Made by a program: the position numbers and the translations under genes
Part shown: positions 38,511 to 51,643 of the stretch, piece by piece
Layout of the letters: the number at the start of each line of letters is the position of its first letter
How positions within the stretch are numbered: the first letter of the stretch is position 1
Notes under the pieces: generated by a model
What the model was told of the DNA's origin: nothing
Seen by the model: only the letters and a program-made list of their open reading frames with translations
Databases searched by the model: none
Origin: Octopus sinensis
Lineage: Eukaryota
Assembly (NCBI RefSeq): GCF_006345805.1
Contig: NC_042998.1
Span: 744,001 to 808,000, forward strand
DNA: 64,000 nt
Reading direction: 5' to 3'

Positions 38511-39373
38511 GTCGCTCCTCGCGGTGATATAGAGGATCTTCGTCGATGCCTCCACCAAATTTGGAGGTGGTCTAACGAATGGGACCTGTGTCTGAACGTG
38601 TCAAAGTGCTGTCATCTGCCTGTTGGCTCTACTCCTGCAACTCAACTTGATTTCGAGCCGGGTCGTCTGCTGCTGGAGAGGACCGATCAGGTAAAGGACC
38701 TGGGTATCTTGGTGGATTCCTCCTTTTCGCCTTCGGCCCAGTGCGTCCATGCTGCCAACAAAGCACGCGGAATTCTGTTCTTGATTCGACGGTCATTTGG
38801 AATGCTCACAGCAGCCATATTCCTACCACTCTATGTCACGCTGGTGAGACCCATATTGGAATACGGGATTCAAGCCTCTTCTCCTTATCTCCTCAAAGAC
38901 ATACAGCATCTTGAAAGAGTCCAGAAGCTGGCTACCCGCATGGTTCATGGTCTCAAAAATTTGTCCTATGAAGAAAGGCTGAGGACGCTCGACCTTTATT
39001 CTCTAGAAAAACGCCGCCGCCGTGGTGATCTCATTCTCGCCCACAGCATCATAAGCGGAAAGTGTAACCTCTTGAAAGAGCTGTTCTTCACTCCTGCTCC
39101 AGAGCGTCGGCTACGGGGTCATTCCGAAAAGCTCTACCTGCGACGATTTCATCTCAATCGAAGGAGAGGAGCTTTCTACGTCCGGGTTGCGGATCCGTGG
39201 AACAAGCTGCCAGACGAGATGGTGAAGATGCCGACGACCGCTTTGTTCAAAGCCTCCCTTGACCTCAAGTGGCCTGAACTCTTTACATGAACACCACCCT
39301 GTACTTAACTCCATGTCCCCCTACATGGCCTTGCTATTTGCTTTTGAGCCAAATTAACTAACTAACTAACTAA
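38511..39373 (+). mobile_element. 5'-truncated CR1-clade LINE, intact ORF2 C-terminus and (CTAA)n tail
   Basis: KDLGILVD, LYVTLVRPILEYG, LERVQKLATRMV, SYEERL, RRRRGDLI, RGHSEKL, WNKLP; frame open from about 38511. Confidence 0.92.
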
Positions 39374-39387
39374 CATATATATATACG

Positions 39388-39720
39388 TGAAGACGCATGG
39401 CTTAGTGGTTAGATCGTTGGGCTCACAATCAAGAGGTAGTGAGTTCGATTCCCGGATCGGGCTGTGTTGTGTTCTTGAGCAAGACACTATATTCATGTTG
39501 CTCCAGCTGTAGAAACAAGTTGCGACGTCACTGGTGCCAAGCTGTATCGGCCCCTTTGCCTTTCACTTGGATAACATCAGTGGCATGAAGAGGGGAGGTT
39601 GGTATGCGTGAGCAACTGCTGATCTTCCATAAACAACCCCTTGCCCGGACTTGTGCCTTGGAAGGTAAATTTCTAGATGTAATTCCATGGTCATTCATGA
39701 GCGAAGGAGGTCTTTACCTT
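39388..39720 (+). mobile_element. SINE family D
   Basis: GCATGGCTTAGTGGTTAGA and GAGTTCGATTCCCGG boxes. Confidence 0.75.
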
Positions 39721-40199
39721 TTTATATATAGTTTATATAACCAAGCTGCTTGTACTGCAACCAAGTTGCAGTACTCTTCGCTATTTGCTGATCTGCTTCC
39801 AAATCGATGTTGCTTACATACGGCAATATCAACCGAAGTCTTCTACATCACTTGTTTCACCGCCCCGTGAAAACCTCTGCGATTACTCTGTCGCAACCGT
39901 TGATCAGCTCCCATTATTATATAGCTTTATCTTAGTTTTGTCGTATCGTTGTCAAATACTTCAAAATTTTCCTGTCTATGAAGACAGGAGGCATTCTATA
40001 TGCCTCAAATAAGATAAATCATTTGGTCTGACTCTGAAAACTACCGACTTATTGCTCTCACATCCAACACTACACAGATGATACAAACGGTCGTAAATAA
40101 CCACCAACTTTATCATTTTAGATACCTTACTTTCCCCAGTGATCAATACAATTTCTATAGAGGCAGGTTACGGTAGCCTCCTCTTTTTCTAACAAATTA

Positions 40200-40860
40200 A
40201 TGTCTTCCCACCAAGGAGAACTTCGACGAAACAATGTTTTTCACGTTGACATCAACAAAAGATTCGATTTCTTTCTGATTTAAGGATCTTCTAATTATAT
40301 TGCCTGTGTTGCATATTTAGCTCATATATTCATCTCTTATAAGGAAAATGTCTTGCCAGACAAGTCCATTAGGTAAACTCACGGGAACTATTAACCCTGC
40401 ATTCTATTATCCTGTGTATCTCAACTGCCTTTTATGTTTCACAAACTCTTTCTTCTATACATAAACGACTTACTGTCGTTTCTTAGGAAATACTCACACT
40501 CTTATGAAAATAATACAACGCTTTAGTTTAGTTTAACCTCCAGTGCATAGGTATTATCGCTACCTCACCAGTCGCACCTTATGTCGGATGCATACACAGC
40601 CTACATTAACACAGATCTCGTAAACATTCCCCAAATATAGCATGAAAACCTACTTTCTTCTAACAGCTCACAAAGATACAATCGCTACATCTATATTCAA
40701 AATCTTTACAAATGTTTGGATTCAAAATCGTGGACGATCTCTCACAGTGACTTCATATTTCTATCGCTGCCAATATTGCATCCCAGACTATGTGTCATTC
40801 ACTTCTACATTAGATACAAATTATTAACCATTTATCAATAGAGCCGAAGTAAGACACGCG
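40200..40860 (+). pseudogene. Highly decayed LINE reverse transcriptase remnant
   Basis: VDINKRFD (cf. LDISKAFD) at ~40245; LFLLYINDLLSF...HSYENNTTL (cf. YADD) at ~40445-40500. Confidence 0.55.
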
Positions 40861-41309
40861 ATGAATAAAAACTTATATATCTGCAACTTTCTTGTTGATA
40901 TTTAAAGAAATACCAGCGATATTATTGCTGATATTTAAAGTAAGTGACTGAAAATACATCCCAAATAAGGCCTTTCGGTACCTTATAAGTAGCTGTATCT
41001 GCTACTGTGATCCATTCAGCTAGATTATTGTTCCACTATAACCCAAATGATACATTGCTTACTTCTCCTCTCATAACCATTTATCACTTTTTAAATCTTT
41101 CACTAAACAGTTTGTCCAATCTTTTCTCTGTTCTGTAATCATAGCTCCTTCCATCTTTTCCCTGTGGTTATCGACCTACAAATGTTTGAAGTGAATATCG
41201 GTCACATCTATCACACCAAACAAGGATGAATTACAAAATTCATGGGCATTGCATTTCTTTCATTTACTAGCTACCCAAAGTCTCTATTTTTGTCCACGAA
41301 TCGCCTGGT

Positions 41310-41872
41310 GTCGATCGAGAAAACAGGTGGAGATAGAAGAACTTTGGAGTTTGTCTCTTCGAAGAGTGTGGCACATACGAGATTTGAGCCTTACTCAGTG
41401 AAGGTGATGAGTGACGGTATTATGAGAGTATCCTATCTGCTGGGTCAATTCTCTTGTGGATTGGTGCAGATCTTCGTGGTTGAGCTCGTTCAATCGGCCT
41501 TCATTGAACGGAAGAGGTCGGTCGGAAAGCGAAGAGTCTGTGAGGTCGAATTCCCTCTCCTCGAAATGTGAAAACTATTTGTGCAGTTCATTCTTTCTCC
41601 GTACACAGCACAAATGTCACGAGCGGCCTTAGCAGTTTTGAAACCTTGACTGAAAGCAAAGTGGGGCAGATATCTAAAGTACTCTTTTATTTTTGTTTCT
41701 AATTGGCATTCAATCGCCATACGTCTGAAAAAGGATACAATTTATTTAAGTTTCAAAAGCGATAAACGAAAGTTCTAGAGGAAGGATACAGCTACAAACA
41801 AACCATAAAATACTACGATAAAAATATTTTTCGAGTTTAGAAACGAACGAATTTCGCTGTAACCCAATACTT
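41310..41872 (-). mobile_element. Mariner 5' fragment
   Basis: FSQGFKTAKAARDICAVYGE (HTH region); TIR-like TATTGGGTTACAGCGAAATTCG on the minus strand. Confidence 0.7.
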
Positions 41873-42422
41873 GTACATACACAAACATACACACATATTA
41901 TTAAGAACACCTGGAAATAAGTAATCAAGTGCAACCTGTTGCATAGCCGGGTCGTTGGCTACTAAGTCTGTAAACCTACAGACTAGCATGGTGAGGAATA
42001 ACTGCAAGAAAGAAAGCTAGCAAAACAATGCATAACAAAAGAACGGATGAATCCAGAGTAGGGTGAGCGACTATTTAACAATAGCGCAGCACGTGAGAAA
42101 TTCTGTGCTGGTGCAAGGACTACTGTAAAGCTTGTGGGTGTGAAATAGTCATTAAATTTAGTTGTAACATGTCTCTTTGAAAAAGTGTTACTGTGATAAA
42201 ACACTTAAAATTACTGAGATTGAGATTTTGCTTCGGGTTATGCATGTGTGTGTGGGCTCCTTCATTTTGAAAAAGAGACTCTTCGTTATGCTGCGCAGAC
42301 TGTCCTTGACTTCAAATTTCACACGGGCTGTAGCTGACAATATATTTATAATCAACTGTGATGGTCTCTACTCGTTTAACGGGTGTCTTGTGCCGCCACG
42401 TTGCTCTGCTGTCATTTCGACC

Positions 42423-42488
<66 letters not shown>

Positions 42489-42596
42489 GTGACTGAATGT
42501 ATATAATTATCATGCGTAATGCCTTCGTTCTAAGATGAGCTGAGAGAAAACATTTCACTCCCATATGGAAAATTAACTGATTGTACTCTTTCAAAT

Positions 42597-42641
<45 letters not shown>

Positions 42642-42644
42642 TAA

Positions 42645-42677
<33 letters not shown>

Positions 42678-42851
42678 CACATACACATAGATATATTTCG
42701 GCATATTTCGTCCACACACGTAACATCATTCTGTCTATGACACTGAATATTTAGTATACTTCGTCTTAATAAATGCGTTCATTGATCCCCCTTGATCTGT
42801 TGTTTCTCACTGTAAGGCTTCGTTTATCGGAATCGATATTATGAAAAACTG

Positions 42852-42883
<32 letters not shown>

Positions 42884-42904
42884 GCACATAATACATACAT
42901 ACAT

Positions 42905-42939
<35 letters not shown>

Positions 42940-43819
42940 TACATACATACATACATACATACATACTACATACATACATACATACATACATACATACATA
43001 CATGCATACATACATGCATACATGCATACATACATACATACATACATACATATGAAGAAAGTCGATCGAATCTAAAAAGCTTTTGGGTTATAGAAACAAA
43101 ATACAATTTCTCTTTATTAATGTTACAAAAATATAGAAGCCACATTTTTCCTCTCTGAAGAGAAAGAATATATATAAAAAGTAGATAAATAAATAAAACG
43201 ATAAAGAATACAGCGATAAAATTATTTTAAAAGCAGACAAACCAGTGGATCAAGTGCGGAAAAAAATGTTTGTGTATAGTGACCAGACCTCTTTATTAGG
43301 AGTTGGCCAATTGCCACTTAAAGCCACAATTGAAATTGGATTGATCGACTCTAGTTTACAATAAATAGACCAAAAGACGTATATTTTAAGAGTTTCAAGT
43401 GGCCAACTTGCCAAATGTAACCAACTTTCTTGGCGTGATGTTTGGTGAAGAAGCAAGTTTTTCATAAGTTTTGTTTGTGTATAATCAGTATTTTAACATT
43501 CTAGAAGTACAAGGGGCTTCCAGTATTGTTTAAAGAACTTAGTGCATGATAAAAAAGAAAGCTGTTAAATCTGTATCACAAGAATATGGCTGATGGAATA
43601 TACCCCCAGGAGTGCGTTCTGCACTCTTAAAATGACTGCAGTAGAGTTTCACATTTATAATACGAGGGGGAATTGTAAAGTTTCTGGGTTTAAGGGTATC
43701 GTGAAAAGCCTTGCTGGAGGCCCAAACTTCCGAGCGTTTGTAACAAACATGCAGATTAAAATATATAGATAAATAAATAAATAAATAAATACATAAATAA
43801 TAATAATAAGAAGAAGAAG

Positions 43820-45900
43820 AGCAGAAAGGATGCCGCAAAGGCTCATATTGCTGTAAAGATCAACTAATGATCAATAAAGCCATAACTGAAGACAGCCACA
43901 GAAAGAAGAAAGGCCTCAGTATGGCCTGGATTGACTACAAAATGGCGTTTGATAGCATCCCCCACACATGGATCCTCGAAACACTAGCCATTAACAAAGT
44001 AGCACCAACAATCATAAAATTCATAGAGCACTCTATGAATAAATGGCAAACAGTCCTACACCTCCAAACAAAAGAGGGACTCATGAAAACCAAAGACATC
44101 CCCATTAGAAGAGGAATATTCCAGGGAGACACGCTCTCCACTCCTTTTCTGCTTGGCACTGTCACCTCTATCTGATATGCTAAATAGAACTGGATGCGGA
44201 TATAAATGTTACGGCAAAACGATCAGCCACCTTTTATATATGGATGACCTAAAACTATACGCTGCAAATGACAAACAGCTGGAAACACTATTAAAGACAG
44301 TTCATGGATTTACCAAAGAAATAGATATGAAATTTGGATTAGAAAAATGCGCCAAAGTAACCATGAAAAGAGGAAAAGTAGTAAAGAGTAACAACATCAC
44401 ACTAGATGAAGCAAATGAAATAAAAGAATTAGACCAAGGCCAAACTTACAAATACTTAGGAATCCATGAACTAGATAAGACACAACACACACAAATGAAA
44501 GAGAAAATAAAAAAAGAATATTATAGACGAGTTAGATCAATACTAAACACAGAGCTCAATGCTAAAAACAAGATAATAGGTATCAACACTTTAGCTGTCC
44601 CAGTTATAAGTTACAGCTACAATATCCTTAACTGGACACAAAATGAACTGACCAAAATAGACAGGAAAACAAGAAAAATAATGACAGGATCTAGGATGCA
44701 TCACCCAAAATCTGACATAGAAAGACTATATATACAACGTATAGAAGGTGGTAGAGGCCTTATACAGCTGGAAAACTACTATAAAATAACCACCATAGGA
44801 CTGCAAAAATATCTACTTCAGAAGGAAGGAAAACTGATCCAGATAGCGGCAAAACACGAGCAAAACAAAAAACTGTTCTCAGTATTTAAGGAAGCTGACA
44901 AATACAAACAAGAAATCATACCACCTAACAAATATAAAGAAAAAGAAGAAGAAGAAGATGAAGAAACAACAAAAGCTATAAAACAAATGAAATCCAAACT
45001 AAAACTAGAACAGCAAAGAACCATGATAAAACGATGGCAAGAAAAACCCCTCCACGGTAAATACTGGACTAAACTAAATGCAAAAGAAATAGACAAAGAA
45101 AAATCCCAGCAATGGTTGAGAAGCTCAGGACTCAAAGCAGAAACAGAGAGATTTTTAATTGCAGCACAAGACCAAAGCCTCCCCACCAGAAATTACCAAA
45201 AACATGTAATGAAAAGAAATATTACAAGTAACTGCAGAATATGTGGAGATGGACAAGAAACAATAAATCATATTATCTCTAGCTGCCCAGTCCTGGCTAA
45301 GAAGGAATATATTCACAGACATGACAGAGTTGGAACCTACATACACTGGAAGCTATGCCAACATTATGGAATAACAACAGAAAAAAGATGGTATAGGCAC
45401 ATACCAGAAAAGGTCACAGAAAATGAGAAAGCAACCATACTCTGGGATATGCCGATACACACAGATAGAGAAATTAAGGCCAACAGACCAGATATAGTTG
45501 TCAGAGATCATGAAGAAAAAAAATGCTTTCTAATTGATGTATCAACCGGCTGATGACAACGTGTCTCTAAAAGAAATGGAGAAACTCTCAAAATACAAAG
45601 ACCTGGAAATAGGTAACTAGAATGTGGAATCTGAAAACAGAAACAATTCCTATCATAGTAGGTGCATTAGGCATGATAAAAAAATATTCAGACAAATACA
45701 TAACAAAAACACCAGGACTTACAAACACATATAACATACAGAATATTGCACTACTAGGCACTGCACACATCCTACGCAGAACACTTTCCATACAATAACC
45801 ATCAGAGCATCACAACAAATCACAGCGCATACCCAAGGCACACAGAGCTGCGCTCGGTAGTGAAGTGAAAGCACGCTATAAAAATAAAACTACTGAATAA
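43820..45900 (+). mobile_element. R4/Dong family 1, 5'-truncated, young (466-aa open RT-thumb-zinc knuckle-RLE)
   Basis: EQKGCRKGS, IDYKMAFDSIPH, IFQGD, LYMDDLKL, CRICGDGQETINHIISSC, RHDRV, RPDIV; AAT flanks. Confidence 0.95.
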
Positions 45901-45913
45901 AAATAATAATAAT

Positions 45914-48268
45914 AAGACCCGGAAAAAACACCACATTGGATGGCAAAAGACCCGGAAAAAACACCACATTGGATGGCAAATGGTATTACTTACCTCCTCC
46001 CCCAAAATAACAAAACGAAAGACCCAAAAAACTACCGGCCTATAACATGTTTATCTACTACCTATAAGATTTTGACATCTTTTCTAGTAGAGAAAACATA
46101 TACGTTTATGGAAGAGAATAGCATCTTTCCCACTGAACAAAAAGGATGCAGACGAGGCTCATACGGATGCAAAGATCAGCTCCTAATTAATCGCATGATC
46201 CTTGAGAAATGCCATAACAAGCGCAGAAATCTCAGCTCTCCATGGATTGATTACAAAAAAAGCCTTTGACAGCATACCACATTCGTGGATTCTGAAATCG
46301 CTGGACATTTTCAAAATTTCTCCTGTGATTTCAGATTTTTTAAAGTATATGTCACTATGGAACACGAAGCTCCAATTATATCATTCTAATGGAGTATTGC
46401 ACTCAAACAACATTAGCATAAACTGTGGCATTTTCCAAGGTGACTCACTTTCACCACTAATTTTCTGCATAGCACTAATACCACTCTCAAGTGAACTGAA
46501 TAGAACAGGATATGGCTATAAAATTGACAACAGGAAAATAAGCCATCTATTTTATATGGATGACTTAAAGTTATATGGCAAAGATGATGAAGAGCTTGAA
46601 GGATTATTACATACTGTGAAAGGATTCAGTGATGATATCGGGATAGAGTTTGGCCTTGAAAAGTGTGCCAAAGCCACTTTTAAGAAAGGGAAATTGGTAA
46701 AGTCTAGTTCAATCGAATTAGATGTCGAAATAGTAATAAAGGAACTTGAGCAGGAACAAACCTATAAATACCTAGGAATAAATGAAGGCTCTGGTATCCA
46801 GCATGCAAGCATGAAAGAGAAGGTTAGGAAAGCATGTTATAGAAGAGTACGAGCAGTCCTGAAGTCTGAGTTGAATGCATATAATGTGTCAGCGATAAAT
46901 TCCTTAGCAGTACCAGTTGTTCTTTATAGCTTCAATGTGCTTAACTGGAATACCAGTGAAATAATGAAAATTGACAGAAAAATCCGCAAGCTACTGACTT
47001 GTAATAAGATGCACCATCCAAAGGCAGACGTGGATCGCCTTTACCTTCCCAGAGCTCAGGGAGGCCGAGGTTTGATCCAGCTTGAACTTACATACAAAAC
47101 CACCACAATCGGACTGGCCAAATACCTTGAAGCAACCAACGATTGGATGCTAAAACTTGTTGAAAAACATGAAAGACCGAAAAAACTTCACTCTATTCTC
47201 AAAGAGAGCAAAGAATTCGCTGCTGATCTCTTAGATACCCACCAGATTGATCAGGTTGAAGGAAATGCGCCAACTGCAGCTGCAAAGAAAATAAAATTAA
47301 TTGCAAAGACAAAAGCACATGAAAATTTAGCTAGCAGATGGGAACAGAAGCCTCTCCATGGCAAGTATGTGGTCCGTAGCAAACAAGCTGATGTCGACTA
47401 CAAACACACGCACCAATGTTTACGAAGCTCAGGGCTAAAAGCAGAGAGTGAAGGTTTCATATTAGCTGCTCAAGACCAAAGCTTATTAACCCGGAACTAC
47501 CAAGCCAATGTGATAAAAAATGGAGCTGACCCAAAATGCCGATTCTGTAACGATGAGATTGAAACAATAGACCACCTAATCTCAGGGTGTAGAGTCTTAG
47601 CACCTGCACAATATAAAGCAAGACATAACGGAGTCGGCCAGTATTTACATTGGACAATATGTCGGCATTATAAAATCAAAACCGCTGACAAATGGTATAA
47701 ACATCATCCTGAAGCTGTGACTGGGGAGAAAATGTGTCGATTCTATGGGACTTCCCCATGCAGACCGACAGGACTATAAAAGCTAATAATCCGGATATTA
47801 TTATAAAAGGTCAGACAAAAAGGATGTGTTTATTAATTGACATGAATATTCACTGTGATCACAATATAGCGGCGAAAGAATTTGACAAGATTAGTAAATA
47901 TAAAGACCTGCTAATAGAAATTGAAAAAATGTGGCATCTCAAGGCGACTACAGTACCAGTGATTGTAGGATCTCTAGGAATGATAAAAAAAAGGTACTGA
48001 AACCTATTTGAAAATGATTCCAGGCTTACCATCCCTACAGGAAGTGCAAAAAATCATATTAACTGGAACGGTTCAAGGACTGACAAGAGCACTATCGCTG
48101 TGAAAACAACATCCATCCATGAATTTATTTATTAATTTTTAAATACATATTTTATCTGTGAATTTGTGCGTGTAATCTGGGAATGCATACAATGCCCTTC
48201 TCTGTCCTAGGTGTATGGAAAACACTCGGCGAGAAACGGAAGAAAATTTGAAGAAAGAAGGAAAAAAC

Positions 48269-48270
<2 letters not shown>
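45914..48270 (+). mobile_element. R4/Dong family 3, 5'-truncated, frameshifted
   Basis: NYRPITCL, EQKGCRRGSYGCKDQL, IFQGDSLSPL, FYMDDLKL, CRFCNDEIETIDHLISGC, NPDII; followed by (AAT)n. Confidence 0.95.
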
Positions 48271-48331
<61 letters not shown>

Positions 48332-48374
48332 GTAATAATAATAATAATGATGATGATGATGAGGAGGAGGAGGA

Positions 48375-48584
48375 GGATGATAGGGGCTGCAATAAGGGTG
48401 GAGCACTTGCAGAAACCGCTCGAAAACTTCGGACGGTGCTCGAAAAAAAAAGGGGCTGTTACCTCAGTTCACTGGTAGTGAACAACTGGCACCGTCGTCC
48501 ATTTCCAGCGTTAGTAACTGTGCAAAGTCAACAACAACAACAATAATAATAATAATAATAATGATAATAATGATAATAATAATA

Positions 48585-48643
<59 letters not shown>

Positions 48644-48850
48644 GTAATAATAATAATAATGATGATGATGATGATGAGGAGGAGGAGGATGATAGGGGCT
48701 GCAATAAGGGTGGAGCACTTGCAGAAACCGCTCGAAAACTTCGGACGGTGCTCGAAAAAAAAGGGGCTGTTACCTCAGTTCACTGGTAGTGAACAACTGG
48801 CACCGTCGTCCATTTCCAGCGTTAGTAACTGTGCAAAGTCAACAACAACA
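48375..48850 (+). repeat. Tandem duplication (~310 bp period) of a Dong family 2 3'-end fragment plus microsatellite
   Basis: GGGGCTGCAATAAGGGTGGAGCACTTGCAG...TGTGCAAAGTCAACAAC at ~48383 and ~48694; homologous to 17990-18120. Confidence 0.9.
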
Positions 48851-48883
48851 ACAATAATAATAATAATAATAATGATAATAATG

Positions 48884-48935
<52 letters not shown>

Positions 48936-48949
48936 TAATAATAATAATA

Positions 48950-49395
48950 ATGATTTCTTAAGTAACGGGAAGATGGATCTGGTATCAATCTTTATTTTGT
49001 ACAACGGTCGTTTTGACTCATCCTGCTACTGTCCCTTATGGGTGGGACCCCGTTCAACATATGTCCTTTGCATTTTGCAGTCTGGGCCTCATCAGGTACG
49101 TCCATACTTAAAGTTGTGTCTCGCTGAAGCCCCTGAGTTTAGGCTGTCATGTTGTTATATGCCCGTCTGGTTAGGGAATGAAATATTACTACAATTTCTC
49201 TTTCCATAATAAGAACTGCAATTTTATGTATGGATGTATCTGATGAGACCCAGACTGCAAAATGCAAGGGACACATGTTGAACGGAATCCCACCCAAAAG
49301 GGACCGTAGCAGGATGGGTCGAAACGACCGTTGTACAAAGTAAAGATTAATACCAAATCTATCTTCTTGTTTCTTAAGAAATTATGATTATTATT
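48950..49395. repeat. Inverted repeat (~170-190 bp arms), each arm with an HHR fold (49235-49337 +, 48998-49100 - degenerate)
   Basis: CTGATGA-GACCCA...TGGGTC-GAAACGACCGTT-GTACA. Confidence 0.8.
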
Positions 49396-49551
49396 ATCTC
49401 AACTAAAACTGCAGAGTTCCTGAAGTAGATCCAACGGAAATATACCCCGACTACAGATGACACCATGTAGCCCAAACTGTGCCAGTACGCCACTCAGCAC
49501 TTCAATACACTAATCGACATATACCAATTAGTCCAAAGTATTGAATACATG

Positions 49552-49628
<77 letters not shown>

Positions 49629-49707
49629 GCGAGAAAGAAGCAACAAGAATGGATAGGTTTTTAGTATTGTACTAAAAACCTATCCATTCTTGTTGCTTCT
49701 TTCTCGC
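49629..49707. repeat. Perfect hairpin, 38-bp arms, 3-nt loop
   Basis: GCGAGAAAG...TTTAGTA-TTG-TACTAAA...CTTTCTCGC. Confidence 0.95.
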
Positions 49708-49849
49708 TTATAATCACCCCACATTACTGTATTGTTAAAACAGTATAGTTTTTTTGGTGCATCTAAGTTAGGTACCATATTCAAGTAAATTCATTTAAAT
49801 TAACTTGAATCTTTATTGCTTTTTGTATATATATATATATATATATATA

Positions 49850-50070
49850 AAGTTAATCCAAACAAGAAAACACAGAAAAAAAGAAAAAAAGAGAAAAAAC
49901 ACAGCAACGCAGGACGTGGAACAATTAAAGTATTATTGACGCTCAGGAAAGAAGGGTAGGAGGGTTTAACGTTTCGAGCGGAGATCTTCGTCGGAAACAA
50001 GGAGAAGGAAAGATCCCAAGGAGGGAAGACAGAGGAGACAATATTTGAGCTGGTGGTGCTTAAGAGACCA
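49850..50070 (-). mobile_element. pLTR family X with HHR-like fold (49964-49998, core CCGACGA)
   Basis: Minus strand GTTT-CCGACGA-AGATCTCCGCTC-GAAACGTT-AAAC. Confidence 0.55.
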
Positions 50071-50087
50071 CATATATATATATATAT

Positions 50088-50340
50088 ATGAAAAAACAAG
50101 TCAAGATAGAAAATGCTAAAATAATTTTATAAAGAAACATTTCAGTACCGGTTTCGGTCATTTTGAGACCTTTTCAACTGTAACGATTAAATAATTAAAT
50201 TTAGAAAAATTAAAAGAAAAATTTTTTTAAAGGAATATTTGTATAGTGTTCAAATATAAATGGCATTTTTCTTGTTTCTGCCTTTCTCTGTCTCTCTTGT
50301 TTGAACTTGTGTGTTCGAGGTCGTTGTGAATTCTTGGTAG
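50088..50340 (-). mobile_element. Family Y, second copy, with U3-A8 HHR (50140-50183)
   Basis: Ribozyme core identical to 36095-36138. Confidence 0.7.
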
Positions 50341-50435
50341 GGTAGAAGAAGAAGAAGGTTGATACATACATACATACACACACGCACACACACAGACACA
50401 CACACACACACACACGCACACACACATATATAAAA

Positions 50436-50499
<64 letters not shown>

Positions 50500-50627
50500 C
50501 AAAATGGAGCAACAAAATATCCAGGTAGACGATACAAAGAAAACAAGGACTGATTATTCGAAGTTTTCTTTCCACAGTCAAGTACTAGATTATCTTCGCA
50601 AGTTCGGCTGATTTTATATATATATAC

Positions 50628-50705
<78 letters not shown>

Positions 50706-50927
50706 TTAATCAATATAGGGTAGCAAAAAATTCAGAAATTATTTGCCACCAGCGGTCTAGTGGGAAAAAGGAAATAGTCAGAGACTATTAATAAATTCAA
50801 CAGCAAAATTAAGGAACGGCCATAATAGGCCGTTCAACCCACTAGAAATAGCAGCCAAGGCTTCAACCGCAAAAAAGTATTAATTCCGTAAACCAGGAGA
50901 AAATTTAAAAAAACATTTACCCTGTTA

Positions 50928-51032
50928 TACTTTATACAATGCATCGTTTCATCTATTTTTTAATGGTAAATCAGCCTGATTAAATTAAATCAAGCTAATC
51001 TTCCATAAGCCAACAGATTCATCAGTAAAGTA
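50928..51032 (-). ncRNA. Type-I hammerhead ribozyme, intact core
   Basis: Reverse complement of 51539-51643. Confidence 0.8.
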
Positions 51033-51538
51033 GGCCAGACGGGAGAGATATTTTCACGAGGCAGCACCACTACTGCCTCGACTATATCTAACCTAAAAAT
51101 TTTCAAATCATCGTACTCGCGCCAAATTTATCGGCAGCAAATATAAAATAGAAGAATTTAAAAAATAGATGAAACGTTGCATTGTACAAAGTATAACAGG
51201 GTAAATGTTTTTTTTAATTTTCTCCTGGTTTACGGAATTAATACTTTTTTGCGGTTGAAGCCTTTGCTGCTATTTCTAGTGGGTTGAACGGCCTATTATG
51301 GCCGTTCCTTAATTTTGCTGTTGAATTTATTAATAGTCTCTGACTATTTCCTTTTTCCCACTAGACCGCTGGTGGCAAATAATTTCTGAATTTTTTGCTA
51401 CCCTATATTGATTAATTATGAATTTTCTGTTTGCTGCCGATAAATTTGGCGCGAGTACGATGATTTGAAAATTTTTAGGTTAGATATAGTCGAGGCAGTA
51501 GTGGTGCTGCCTCGTGAAAATATCTCTCCCGTCTGGCC

Positions 51539-51643
51539 TACTTTACTGATGAATCTGTTGGCTTATGGAAGATTAGCTTGATTTAATTTAATCAGGCTGA
51601 TTTACCATTAAAAAATAGATGAAACGATGCATTGTATAAAGTA
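51539..51643 (+). ncRNA. Type-I hammerhead ribozyme, intact core, predicted cleavage GUA| after 51636
   Basis: Stem I TACTTTA/TAAAGTA (7/7), CTGATGA, stem II ATCTGTT/AATAGAT, GAAA, stem III ACGATGCATTGT, GTA. Confidence 0.82.

Noticed and set aside
42170-42220. TTGAAAA-AGTGTT...AACACT-TAAAATTA possible U3-A8 HHR
   Set aside because: G12 is absent and stem I does not pair.
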